Source: the human T2T-CHM13v2.0 reference genome, Homo sapiens
Reading direction: 5' to 3' (one strand)
Length of the DNA stretch: 64,000 nucleotides
Assembly (NCBI RefSeq): GCF_009914755.1
Contig: NC_060925.1
A program made the position numbers and the translations under genes. Shown in pieces: positions 23,927 through 62,861 of this stretch. How positions within the stretch are numbered: the first letter of the stretch is position 1; each line of letters opens with the position of its first letter. The notes under the pieces were generated by a model, which searched no databases, was not told where the DNA came from, and saw only the letters and a list, made by a program, of their open reading frames with translations.

Positions 23927-24715
23927 TCACACACACACATGCATGACACACCCACATGCACACACACATATGCACCCATAGACACATGCACATATACACA
24001 CACATATGCACCCACACACACGCATGCATACACATACACGCTTCACACACATGTGCATACACATGCACCCACACACATATACACACACATACACACCCAC
24101 ACACATACACATGCATACACATATGCTACACACACATGAACACACATGCACCCAGACACACATGTATACACATATATACACACCTATGTACATATACACA
24201 TGCATGCACACATGCTACACACACATATGCACATACATGCACTCACAGACACGCATATGCACATGCATTTACACACAAGCATACACACACATTACACACA
24301 CATATGCACCCACAGACATACACACGTGTACACATGCATATACACACATTCATACACCCACACTACATACATGCACCTGCAGACATACACACGCATATAC
24401 ACATGAATTTACACACATGCATACCCACATGCTACACACACATATCCACCAACATACATACACATATACACATGCATATACACACATGCATACCTACACA
24501 CTACACACATATACACTCACAGACGTACACACATATACACATGCATTTACACACGTGCATACCCACATGCTACACACACACATGCACCCACAGACATACA
24601 CACACATATACACATGCATTTACACACCTGCATACCTGCATGCTACACACATATCCACCAACAGATATACATACACATATACACGTGCATATACACACAT
24701 GCATACCCGCACACA
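23927..24715 (+). repeat. (CA/TA/TG)-rich alternating purine-pyrimidine compound microsatellite, about 790 bp
   Basis: Recurrent CACACATATACACATGCAT units. Confidence 0.95.
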
Positions 24716-24739
24716 ACGCTTCCTCCTGCCACAGGGTCC

Positions 24740-25098
24740 TTGCTCTTGTCTCCTTTGCCAGGACACTCTCATCGCCCCCTCCCCAGCCCCCAAACGCTTA
24801 CTCATCCTTTCACACTCGATTCAGGCGTGACCTCCTCCAAAAAGCCTTCCCTGACTCAGCGCCCTCCTCTCCTCCATCTGGAAGGTGGCCTCCCGGACCC
24901 CCGCAACCCCATGCGTGGTTCCTCGCAGCAGTTGCCCTCAGGCTCCTGTCAGTTATCTGTCTGTGTCTCCCGTCTGCCCCCTGCACAGCCACACTGGGAT
25001 TCTTCAGGGCAAGGTGTGTGTCTGGCCATGGCTGCCCAGTACCATGCTTGGGCCATATAGTAAGACCTCAATTCACCTTTGTTGAATGAATGAATGAA
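24740..25098 (+). mobile_element. L2 3' end
   Basis: GTGACCTCCTCCAAAAAGCCTTCCCTGAC...GTTGAATGAATGAATGAA terminus. Confidence 0.7.
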
Positions 25099-25137
25099 CA
25101 AAATGCCTTGGAACACTGTTTTAAAAGAGAGGTTATT

Positions 25138-27392
<2,255 letters not shown>

Positions 27393-28129
27393 TCCAGCCC
27401 TTAAAATTCTAATAACCTAGTCTCTCCTAAGACTTAGCCTAAAAGAACGAACAAGCCTCCCTTTCCACACTGTCCTGGGGGAAACCACCACTGGCTGAGT
27501 GCCAGCAGGTGCTGGCCTCTCTCCTGGGCTCAGCAGGGCAGGTCCTGGCTGGCCCAAAGCTTCGTCCTCTGGAAGCCTCCTTCACCATCCTGTCGTACAA
27601 GCACCTGCTCTTCCCTCCCTGCCACACGCTCGCTTTGGGCTCACTTGGCCAACCTCCAAGTTCCCAGCCAGACCCAGCAGCCGTGCTGGTCAACCCTGGA
27701 AACATGGACTCTGCTTTGAAATTCCTTTGGAAATTATGGTCAAAGTTTCCTTCACAGGGACTCATTTTTCCAGGAACATTTTCTACCAATTTGGGGAAGG
27801 TGGGGTGTCTCATTCGTTCATTCATTTACCCAGAGCCTACACTGAGCCAGGTGCTCTGCAAGGTAATGGACGGGGCACAGATATTTCAGGCAGTGCCCAC
27901 CCTGGACCCTATAACAAAACGGCCAGGTGCTAGAAGAGCAAATTCATAAAGTGCTCTGGGAACAGAGAGAAGGAGAGAGCCAGGGTCCCTCTGAGGACCT
28001 CCCTCTGTTTATTTATGTCACAAAAACGCGTAGGAACATTCTGTGCCACCATTGTTTTGCAGTGTGCAAATCTGTGCAAACCTGCCCCCAAAGTCCAAGG
28101 GAGCTGAGAGGTGGAACAAAGAGGCTGAT

Positions 28130-28961
<832 letters not shown>

Positions 28962-29150
28962 CAGGCATTGTTCTAAGTATGTTCCAGATGCTAAGTCGCT
29001 TAATTCTCATAAAGGCTTTACGAGGCAGGCACTAGTATTACCACATTTTATAGATACAAGGGCACAGAGAGGTTAAGCAGCCTGCCCGGGTCACACTGCT
29101 GCTAAGTGGCAGAGCGACATTTGTACCCCAGCACTCAGGCTCCAGGCCCT
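28962..29150. mobile_element. MIR
   Basis: TTAATTCTCATAA...ATTTTATAGAT...GGCACAGAGAGGTTAAGCAGCCTGCCC. Confidence 0.75.
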
Positions 29151-30154
29151 GCTGTTAGCCACCGACAAGGCTGCCTCTGCTGATGGAGGGGCTCTCCAGC
29201 TGAGCAAGGGTGGCCAAGCCTGAGCCAGCTGCTGGGACACTCGGGAAGTGACACAGGCATATCTTCACACCAAGGAGCACACTGGGAGCACCCTGCTCAG
29301 CCAAGCAACCCTGAAGTCAGAGGCCGGCCGAGCCAAGGGGCTCCAAAGGGAGCTATGAACTCCCGGGCTGGACCGCTCTGTCTTTGTTCACAGCCTTCAA
29401 GGGAGAGCTCCAAGGACCATGTGAGTCCCTGCAGGGGAGCCATGGGAGGTGGCCTCCCCTCCCCAGAAAACAAGGTTTGGTGCCTGCCCTTGAGTGAACA
29501 GTTCGTCCCTGAAGGAAAAACAAAACAATAACATTCAGCTCTGGGTAAAAGATGTTCCCACTGCTACTCCACCAGGGAGAGAGAGTGCACTCATGAGAAG
29601 GGCTCGCTTTTGTAGGAGCAGGTACATCTTTTTCCTGGCCTGGAGCCCGTTACAACCACGTCATAAACGCCATGCCAGAGAGGGTGCCCTGCACTGGCCC
29701 CACACGGCCCACGTCACCTCTCCCAGAGGGCTGGAGAGCGAGCAGCGACATGGGAGGCTCCGGCAGGTCCTGGCCTTAAGGGTCACCGGCTCCCTGTGAC
29801 AGCTGACTCCACTCCTGGGAAGAGGAACAGGAGAAATCCTAGAACCAGGAGCCGATCCCATCCACGTGGTCTCTGCCCTCAGAAAGAGGCAATGCTGGAG
29901 AGAGGCATCCCCCTCCAGGATGGAAACCACAAGAGCCCCAATTTCTGTCTGTCCTGTTTGCCACTGGGTGTCTAAAATACCACTGGGTGTCTAAAATACC
30001 ATGTCACAAAGCCTCCACAATTTTTCTCTAAAGGATTCGATGTGAGAAGCTTAGGCTTTGCAGTTCACCAGTCTCAGTGCAAATCCTCCACTCTGCCATT
30101 GGAGAGCACACACTGCCTATAGCTTCTGAACAGATGAAGCCTTGTCCCAATCAA

Positions 30155-31271
<1,117 letters not shown>

Positions 31272-32126
31272 ACCCCTGATTTTGTGGCCACAGCCCCATG
31301 GGATCAAACCCAAACAGAAGGCTCCCAGTGCTCTGCCAATCAGGGATCCCCTGCCCCTCTGCATGGACCCCCATCTAACAACTGCAATTCTCAGTTTGCG
31401 CCTCTCCTGTGGGCTCTCGGGATCACCTTGCCCCTCACTTTCCAGCACTCACTTGTTTTCTGAGACTCAGTTCCCGTGTCTCAGGCTCTGGGAGCCCTCT
31501 CTGGATACCCTGTAGGGTTCTGATGCACCTCTCTTTACTGCCCAAGCCCCAGCAACTAACCCCTCAATGAACTTGTTGCCAAGTCTGATGGTGGCGGTTT
31601 GTTACTCAGCCTCCTCCAATGGCCCGGAAGCTACTGGAGGGCCAGGCGTGGGGCCCTCCAGCTCCCTCTCCCAGTGCTTGGAACGTGGTAAATGCTCTGT
31701 AAGTGCTCGTTGGGATCCTCTGTCCATCCCACTCCCTTCTCCTCTTCCTCTTCCTCCTCCTCCAAGTCTCTCAGCCTCTAAGATTGGCTGGCGCAGAGCT
31801 CAAGGCCAGAGTCTTGTTTTCTCCACCCACCTTCACATCCTAAGTGAACTCTCCCCAACTCAGGGCTCTAACGCCATCTACGTGGTGACAACTCCCAGAC
31901 ATATATCTCCAGCCCCAACTTTTCCCATGAACCCCAGATGATCTGGAATGTTTTCAGCCACTCTTAAGGTTGGCTTCAACTACGAATGCTGAATAGATAA
32001 AGGAGGCCATTGGCCTGAAACTGGTACACATGAGGGCAAATCAGAAGTGTTGAGGCATCATGACCCCATGGGACAGAGGAATTAGAGAAGTCAAAGAAAC
32101 TGTCCCAAAAGAAACCAGTCAAATGG

Positions 32127-36675
<4,549 letters not shown>

Positions 36676-37573
36676 AATCTACACATTTCATTTATTTATT
36701 TGTTGATGAATATTTGAGTTGTTTCCACTTGGGGGCTATTATGAATAATGCTGCTAGCTGCAAGTTTTTGTGCCAACATAGTTCTCAATTCTCTTGGGTA
36801 TATACCTAGAAGTGGAATTTCTGGGTCATATGGTAACTCCATGTCCAGCTTTCTGAGGAACTGCCAATCCATGGGCCATGCAATCCATTTTACTGTCCCC
36901 ATAGCAATGTTTTGAGGTGGGGGGTTAGGCCTGTGTGAACTGTAATGGCTCGTCACCCTGATCTGATTCCCGGGGCATGCACATGGGCAGCACACATGTG
37001 TGTATTGTGGGATGTGAACCCGTGCTGTGGAAGCCAACTCTTCAGAGTCTGCTTTCCGAGGAGCCAGTTTCATCAGGCAGTCTAGAGACTGTCGTAGCAA
37101 TCTGCAACTTCCGTGTTTTCGACCAAGCTCGCCAAGGGAAAGGGCAGGAGGCCCAGGGGCCCCCATCATACTCTCAGCTTCAGCATGGGAGGGAGCAAAG
37201 TCTGCTCACGGCTGGGCACGGTGGTTCATGCCTGTAACCACAGCATTTTGGGAGGTGAGACAGGAAGATCACTTGATGCCAGGAGTTCAAGGCTGCAGTG
37301 AGCTATGATCGTGCCACTGCACTCCAGCCTGGGCAGCAGAGAAAGACCCCATCTGAAAAAATAAAATAAGGCTGGGTGTGGTGGCTCATGCCTGTAATCA
37401 CAGAACTTTGGGAGGCCCAAAAGTTGGCCCTCGCCTTCGCCTCATGCACGTCTCAGGTTTGTGTGTAAAGTTTCCCCCACCAAGGCGTTTGCAATCTCAG
37501 CAGATCTCAGAGCCGGTCACCCAGGTTCAGCCCTTGCCCAGCTTCTCGGTCCTGGGTGGGTTAGCTTGGTCTC

Positions 37574-37592
37574 GGGCTCCCCCTGGCGGACA
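37574..37592 (-). promoter_or_regulatory. CTCF motif
   Basis: Reverse complement TGTCCGCCAGGGGGAGCCC, a strong core match. Confidence 0.6.
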
Positions 37593-37805
37593 CTGAGCCA
37601 TAGAAAGCCGCATCTGGAGGCAGCTGGCAGCTGGACCAAGTGTGACTTGTCCAGCACTTTCTCCCAGCCCACTGCGTGCCTCTCATAACGTGGGTCCCTT
37701 CACACTCAAATAAGGTCAGTCCCAGCCCCTGCAAAATCTCTTTTCTAATTGTTAAGAACATTATATTATGGAGAGTTTCAAACATTAAAAAACAGAATAA
37801 TCTCA

Positions 37806-41152
<3,347 letters not shown>

Positions 41153-41649
41153 TTATTTGGAGTTGCTGGGAGAGAAGGAGGCGGCCGGTAAACCCTGGCA
41201 CCCTCTCCTTTTAGCATCACCTCTGCGTGTCTTAACACTCAGCCTCCCTCAAAAACCAGGTGGCAGAGCCCTTCCCTGGTCTTCTCGCTCATAGAGGGAG
41301 GGTCCTGGGAGGGGGCCTCTCTGCATTCCCCACCCTGGCAGCTCTGGTTTAGTGAGTGGATGGGCTACCCTGGGCTGCTGTGGGCATTCCGGGGGGAGGA
41401 GGTTTGCCTCTCTCCGCCGCTTGGGGTGTGTCCTGGGAGAGCCCGAGGGGCAGAGCGGGGAGGGGAGGGGCTTGGTCTTCGTCCTGGGTAAGGTTGGTAG
41501 TGGCTGGGTAAAGGGCTTTAGGCTACCATCTTCCAGAGGGGCCACCAAGGGTCCCCCAATCTGGTCCTGGGGATGGTGGCTCAGGACCCTCGAGAAAGCA
41601 GGCGGGGAGAAAACTCAGCGTGGCTACCATTGGGGACCTTGATTAGTAG

Positions 41650-41935
41650 GTCATACCGCAGTGCCCACCGCAAGGGTGGCCACTGCGGACGCGAGGGCAG
41701 CCCCGCCTCAAGTAGCGCCCCAGAGCGGCCACTCCTCGTGCGGCCACCAGGGGGCGCAGCAGCGCCGGCAGGAAGCGCGGGAAAGCGGCCGCGATGGCCT
41801 CGGAAGAGGATGCGCCCCGCGCCGCCCGCCCTGCGCCATGCACTGTTACCCCTCGGTCCTCACCCGCACTGCGGGTGCGGGGTGGCAACTACCCCAGCTG
41901 GATAGTGAGGGTGCCGGGACGCAAGCCCGGGGCAG
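41650..41935. promoter_or_regulatory. Small orphan CpG island with a consensus CTCF site (41741-41759, +)
   Basis: Very GC- and CpG-rich unique DNA; CGGCCACCAGGGGGCGCAG is essentially the CTCF consensus. Confidence 0.75.
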
Positions 41936-42019
41936 GCTCTCAACTGCCCCCGCCCTTGCTTCTCAGTCGCCCTGCACACAGCCTCCCCCGAAACCAAAAT
42001 CCCCCAGGAGAGTGTGGTA

Positions 42020-47165
<5,146 letters not shown>

Positions 47166-47744
47166 ACCTTTCATCATTAGCCTTCTCCCGGGACTGGCAT
47201 CTCACCCTTTAGATTAGAACCCCATGACAGCAGGCAGTGGCACTGGGACGTCTGGAGGCCTGGACAGGGCTGCCTTGTATAGGTGCGCAGGGTGTACACA
47301 CTGCACACTGAAGAGACAGCCATTCACATCACCTACATACTGGACATTGTAGATTTGTATGTTTTTGGTGTCAATTTCCTAGCAGTCAAGGGTCTTGAGG
47401 AAGAGATACTGTTTTCTAATTCTCACAGAGGAGGCTCTGATCCCGCGATGGCCCTGGTCAAGGCTGGAGTGAACCGGCTGCCTCACGTGCTGGGCGATAC
47501 TGAGGACACTAGGTTGTGAGTCAAGACAAGGGAAAGGGCTGGGAGGAAGAGCGTGGGTTCAGATGCAACTGCTGGCCTGCGGTTCTCTCTGTACTGTACT
47601 TTCTGCCTCTGATGTTGCCCACTGGGCCAGAAGCAACCAGCTACTGATTAACAGAGTCCTCCGGGCAGCTGTGTGTGGCTTTTTCCGATGAACCAAGTGC
47701 GAAAACTTTTTCAAAGTCGAATGTGGGTCAAGAGGCATCAGGCA

Positions 47745-47935
47745 GAGAGGTTAAGAATAAGGCTGGTAGAGTGTGACAAGCCATGGGTCTAGTCCCAGCT
47801 GTCCATGACCTTGGACAAGTTATCTGATTTCTCAGCGTCTTTGTCTGTAGGTAGAGTAGGTAGCAAGGGTACCTACCCTACAGCCTGTTGTAAGGAAGAG
47901 ACACGATTTTGCATGTAAATCACTTAGCATGGTAA
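47745..47935. mobile_element. MIR
   Basis: GGGTCTAGTCCCAGCT...TGACCTTGGACAAGTTA...CTGTAG. Confidence 0.7.
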
Positions 47936-48009
47936 ACCTTGATAGCAGAAACGATTAAAAAATAAAACAGCAAAGGGAGGGTGACACCAGCACCCCCAGG
48001 ACTGACTCA

Positions 48010-49044
<1,035 letters not shown>

Positions 49045-49212
49045 CTACCAACAAAAACAAAAATTAGCCAGGCATGGTGGCACATGCCTGTAGTCCCACC
49101 TACTTCGGGGCTGAGGCAAGTGGGTCGCTTTACCCTGGGAGATGGATATTGCAGTGAGCTATGATCGTGCCACTGCACTCCAGCCTGGGTGACAAAGTGA
49201 GACCCTGTCTCA

Positions 49213-49408
49213 TAAAAAAAAAAAAAAAGAAGAAGAAAAGGAAAGAAAGAAGAAAAAGAAGAAAAAAGAGAGAAAGAAGAAAGAAAGAAAGAAAGAAGGG
49301 AGGGAGGGAGGGAGGGAGGGAAGGAAGGAAGGAAGGAAGGAAGGAAGGAAGGAAGGAAGGAAGGAAGGAAGGAAGGAGGGAGGGAAGGAAGAAAGAAAGA
49401 AAGAAAAG
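49213..49408 (+). repeat. Polypurine Alu-tail expansion with (GGGA)n and (GGAA)14
   Basis: 14 consecutive GGAA at 49319-49374. Confidence 0.95.
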
Positions 49409-50083
49409 TTTCGATATGTCCATCTCTGAGAAAGGACACCATCGGGGCAAATTTTAGGGAGATGCTCTTGGGAGCACCGCCCCCTCCAACCCAGAGCTCC
49501 ACTGTTTCCTTCCCACGGTCAAGGCATTTGTCCAGAGGAAAGGTGGAAGAAAAACCTCACCTTTGAGCTTTTGAGGTCTCGAATGTGTTTGGTGACCAAG
49601 TATTGATCCAGTGATTTGATTCTGGGATTCCGTCCATGCTCAGACGTAGATTCTTATTGGAAAAAAAGAAAAAGAAAGAAAAAACTTGGCACCGGTGACC
49701 CAAACAAGCCAGTCTGATCCAGGCACACTGGAGGCAGCCAGGGCTTATAAATAACCACGCTGGCCAGGCCCGGAGGAGCCTGGGCCGTACAGTCTGTCCC
49801 ATGAGGGGCCGGCGGCTCCTGGGCCCTAGTTTCACCTCATGGCATCAGCCGGGCTGTTATTTCACTCCAAGAAGAGGAGGGAACACAGGGTGGTGGCTCA
49901 GGTGACTCCCGGGTGCCTGTTTTTCATTTGTTCTGGCCGGACAGGCGGATGAGCTCCCCAGCTGGCATTGGAAAGGTCACGGGGCTAAAGATCACTTGCC
50001 TTGAATGAGCATTCCTCAGAGCCCTGCACCCCAGGACCCACACCTATTTATTATTAATGTTTTTATTTTATGTATTTTTTTAA

Positions 50084-50625
<542 letters not shown>

Positions 50626-51470
50626 TAAAATTCACTCTTGAGATTTTTTCATTCACTCAAATGATCGACCCACCTCGGGCTCCCAAAGTGCCGGGATTAC
50701 AGGCATGAGCCACTGCACCTGGCCAAATTTTTTATTATTTAAACAACCACTGCTGCTTTCTTCTGGGGTTCCAGGGTGAGGCATGAGGGGTGCAAGTGGA
50801 CAGCCTGGGGGGAGAAGCACCACCGTCCTTAGAGGCTGTGGCTGTGGGCAGGGCCAGGCTGGGTCCTCCCCATCACAGGGGTCTCAGTGAGCCCACCACA
50901 CCCCGGGCCCTGTTTGTCGCATGGTCCCTTCCGAAGCAGCCCTGTTTGTGCACTGCCAAGCCTTCAACATCCACCATCGCTCCTGTTTCCATGCCCCCAT
51001 ATCAAGCCATGGGCCAACATTTTCTTTCCATTCACACTCAATGCCACACCTGTACCAGGAGGGGCCGGGTCTCCAGGATGACTTCCAGTGCTGACCTCTC
51101 AATCGCCACCAAGCATCTCTCTCCCATCCAGGGTACTTACTGTAGGGATCTGCGGGGGCAGGAAGAGGAGCTGCAAGAGAAGTCCTTCCAGGCTGGGCCC
51201 GGGGCTCACGCCTATAATCCCAGCACTTTGGGAGACCAACGTGGGCAGATCGCCTGAGGTCAGGAGTGCGAGACCAGCTTGGCCAACAAGGTGAAACGCC
51301 ATCTCTATTAAAAATACAAAAATTAGCCAGGTGTGGTGGCACATGCCTGCAATCCCAGCTACTCAGGAGGCTGAGGCAGAAGAATCTCTTGAACTGGGAG
51401 GTGGAGGTTGCAGTGAGCCGAGATGGCAGCACTGCATTCCAGCCTGGGCAACAGAGTGAGACTCCATCTC

Positions 51471-51507
<37 letters not shown>

Positions 51508-51982
51508 TCTTTCCAGGCAGGGCCACGAGAGTCTTTCAGCATCATTTCCAGGCCTTGCCACTGAAGGCTTGAACGTAACCCTTTAATCCTCCCGCAGCCT
51601 CTCAGGCCCCCCTGGAGTGCGAGTCAGTGCACAGAATTGAAGATCTCAGGGACAGGGCCTGGCCGGTGGCTATACATGTTACATTCTCTGTGCTCCTGTA
51701 TCAGGTGGCCAAGAGCAAGAGCCCAGGAGGGAGCCACAGCAGGCCCCACCTGCTCACACAGCAGGGCCCCACCAGCCACCTCTGCGGCCAGGACACTCAC
51801 CCAGTCTGAGCCGCTCTCCTGCACTGGCAAAACCGGAATATAGCAGCACCTACCTTACAGATTATTCCAAGGATTAGACAGTGTAAATAGATAAAAGGCT
51901 TAACCTACATAGTCCCCAGCCTGTGGTAAACGCTGCTTTATTTGACAATACATTATTGATGAGGTGCTGAGACCCAGAAGAA

Positions 51983-52745
<763 letters not shown>

Positions 52746-53044
52746 GCCTAATGCCCAGGTGAGTTCCTAGTGAAAGAGAAGCTAAACCCATTTCCTTCCA
52801 CACCCATGGGAGGCACACGGGGACAGCAAGGTCAAGAAGGGCAGCACGTGTCCACGGTGGCCACTGACACTGAGAGCTTGTCCGTGAGGCTGTAAGTCCT
52901 GCAGGTCTGCATGCTGGACCTTGAAGGAGAGCAAATTCTCTGTAATTGCTCTGAAAACCCACCTGGACTAACGGTGTCCCCCTGGAACGGGCTCCTCTGA
53001 TGCATGTGACAGTCCCTCTCGATTCACTTCTGAAACTGGTTTCT

Positions 53045-55378
<2,334 letters not shown>

Positions 55379-55526
55379 TACCATGATGTTTTCAAGGTTC
55401 ATTCATTTCATAGCATGTATCAGTACTTCATCCCTTTTTATATGTATATTCCATTGTGTGGTAATATACTATGTTTCATTTTTCCATTCATCAATAGATG
55501 GACATTAGCATTGTTATGTTGTTTGG

Positions 55527-56073
55527 TGTGATGGTTAATAATGAGTGTCAAATTGATTGGATTTGGATGCAAAAGTATTGTTCCTGGGTGCGTCTGTGAG
55601 GGTGTTGCCAAAGGAGATTAACATTTGAGTCAGTGGACTGGGAGAGGCAGACCCACCCTCAATCTGGGTGAGCACCATCTAATCAGCTGTCAGAGCAGCC
55701 AGAATAAAGCAGCCAGAAGAAGGTGGAAGGACTAGACTTGCTGAGTCTTCTGCCTTCATCTTTCTCCCGTGCTGGATGCTTCCTGCCCTCAAATATCAGA
55801 CTTCAAGTTCTTCAGCTTTTGGGATCTTGGACTTACACCAGTGGTTTGCCAGGGGCTCCCAGGCCTTCGGTCACACATTGAAGGCTGCACTGTTGGTTTC
55901 CCTACTTTTGAGGTTTGGGGACTCAAACCGGCTTCCTCACTCCTCAGCTTGCAGACGGCCTATTGTGGGAGTTCACCTTGTGATCGTGTGAGTCAATACT
56001 CCTTAATAAACTCCCCCATATATATATATATATCTATCCTGTTAGTCCTGTCCCTCTAGAGAACCCTAATACA
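55527..56073 (+). mobile_element. MLT2A (probably MLT2A2) HERV-L solo LTR, 547 bp
   Basis: TGTGATGGTTAATAATGAGTGTC start, AGAACCCTAATACA end, perfect 5-bp TSD TTTGG, AATAAA at about 56005. Confidence 0.92.
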
Positions 56074-56201
56074 TTTGGCTGTTATGAAAAATGCGGTGGG
56101 AGTATTTGTGTAAGCAAGTTTTTAAACTATTGCTTTTTGGCTGGGCACCATGGCTCACACCTGTAATCCCAGCACTCTGAGAGGCTCAGGCAGGTGGATT
56201 A

Positions 56202-56456
<255 letters not shown>

Positions 56457-56932
56457 TCACCAGCCAGATAATGTACAAATGTCCTTAAGAGAACCACAGG
56501 CACCGTCTTCTCTACAACACAAGGAGAACTTGGGTTCTAAACTCCTGCAGGTGCTTCACGCAGGGGCAAACCCAGCTTAAGCTGCAGGGACTCCAGCAAT
56601 GGGCCTCTCCTGGTCAAATGTTTTTGCCAAACTTGCAAAGGGGAAGTGGTTAAATATGAACCCTTTCCATTTTGACCTCCCACTGTGCGTTGCCCCTCCC
56701 GTCAGGGATCATTACAATGGATGCAGGTGTTTGGAATCTGATGAGAAGGTGGGCTAAGTTTGGTGGTGAATATCTATGCGGTTTGTCGTCAAGTCTGTGT
56801 ATGTAAAATTCTTATAGAAAAGGCTTCTGTAGCCAGGTGAGGTAGTGCAGGCCTGTAGTCTTAGCTACTCAAGAAGCTGAGGCAGGAAGATTGCTTGAGG
56901 CCAGAGTTCAAGGCTACAGTGAGCTATGATCA

Positions 56933-57121
<189 letters not shown>

Positions 57122-57702
57122 TCAAAAATTAGCCAGGCATGGTAGCATGAACCTCTAGTCCCAGCTACTCAAGAAGCTGAAGGGAAGACTCACTTAAGCC
57201 CAGAAGGTCGCCGTTGCAGTGAGCCGTGTTCGCACCACTGCACTCCAGCCTGGGTGACAGAGCAAGACTCTGTCTCACAAAAAAAAAAAAAAAAAAAAAA
57301 AAAATAGAAGAAAAGACTTCTAGAAACACTTTCACCATCCACTACAGCTCACCCTGAACAATGACAGGTCAGTGCAGGGTCAGAAAATGTGCGGCCAAGT
57401 GTAGGGGAAAGGATGCTGGGAACGCCGGGCTGCTGATTGATTTTTTTAAAGATTGTTTTTTTTTTTTTGTTGGCCAACCTGGCCAACATGGCGAAACCCC
57501 ATCTCTACTAAAAATACAAAAATTAGCCGGGCGTGGTGGTGCATGCCTGTAGTCCCAGCTACTCAGGAGGCTGAAGATTGCTCGAACCCAGGAGGCGGAT
57601 GTTGCAGTGAGCAGGAGGTTTCAGTGAGCTAGGATTGTGCAACTGCACTCCAGCCTCGGCGACAAAGTGAGACTCTGTCTCAAAAACAAAAACAAAAACA
57701 AA

Positions 57703-57908
57703 TTCGGCGCATCCACCGCTGGCCAGCCTTTTCCTCTCAGAAGTCCCCTCTCTCTCACTAGAGAGAGAGCTGTGTTCCTCTTTCTTTCTCTTTCTCTTGC
57801 TTGTTGAACCTCCACTCCTAAACGCCTCATGTGTGTCCGTGTCCTAAGTTTTTCTGGGGCAAGACGATGAACCCCAGGGTATTTACCCCAGACAACGTAG
57901 CCGCTTCA
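57703..57908 (+). mobile_element. ERV1-class LTR 3' fragment (MER50-like, uncertain)
   Basis: GAGAGAGAGCTG...GGGTATTTACCCCAGACAACGTAGCCGCTTCA terminus. Confidence 0.6.
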
Positions 57909-58080
57909 GAAGGGTGGGCCTGGGACCCAGCACAGGGGGCAGAAGAGAAGGAGCCACAGAGGAGGCCACGCCAGGCAAGCAGGGAGGGCGGAGGGAAAGC
58001 GGCAGAGGCAACGCCAGGGGAAAGAGAGCTTTCATCACCTGGAAGCCATGGAATCCCATGATGGGTTCTTTCTGCCCTGC

Positions 58081-62450
<4,370 letters not shown>

Positions 62451-62669
62451 AAGAGAGAGAGAGAAAAAAAAAGAGAAAGAGAGAGAGGGAGGGAGGGAGA
62501 GAGGGAGGAAGAAAGGAAGGAAGGAAGGAAAGAAGGAGGGAAGGAAGGAAGGAAGAAAAAGATAAACGATATGAATGTTAGGGTAGGCGGATAGCTAGAC
62601 ATAATCAAAAGGGAAAGCCCCTGAGAAAAGGGGCAAAACAAAAGAATAAAAGGAAGAGACAGCAGGTGT

Positions 62670-62861
62670 GCTCCTGTACAGAGAAATAGCATGGGAGAAC
62701 ACAGCAAGAAGGCAGCTGTTTGCAAGCCAAGAAGAGAGGCCTCACCAGAAACCAACACTGCTGGCACACTTCCAGCCTCCAGAATTGTGCAAAATAAATT
62801 TCTGTTGTTGAAGGCCCCCAGCTGCGGTACTTTGTTATGCCAGCCCAAGCAAACTAATACA
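62670..62861 (+). mobile_element. MLT1A-like LTR 3' part
   Basis: CACAGCAAGAAGGCAGCTGTTTGCAAGCCAAGAAGAGAGGCCTCACCAGAAACC...AAACTAATACA. Confidence 0.8.

Noticed and set aside
23956-25089. 377-aa and 274-aa His/Thr-rich ORFs
   Set aside because: Translations of a CA/TA microsatellite that lacks stop codons, running into an L2; no coding signal.
27439-27949. Three overlapping 128-146 aa ORFs in partly unique DNA
   Set aside because: No recognisable homology, mostly non-ATG starts, and they overlap an L2. The region more likely holds enhancer motifs (e.g. TTCCAGGAA at 27768).
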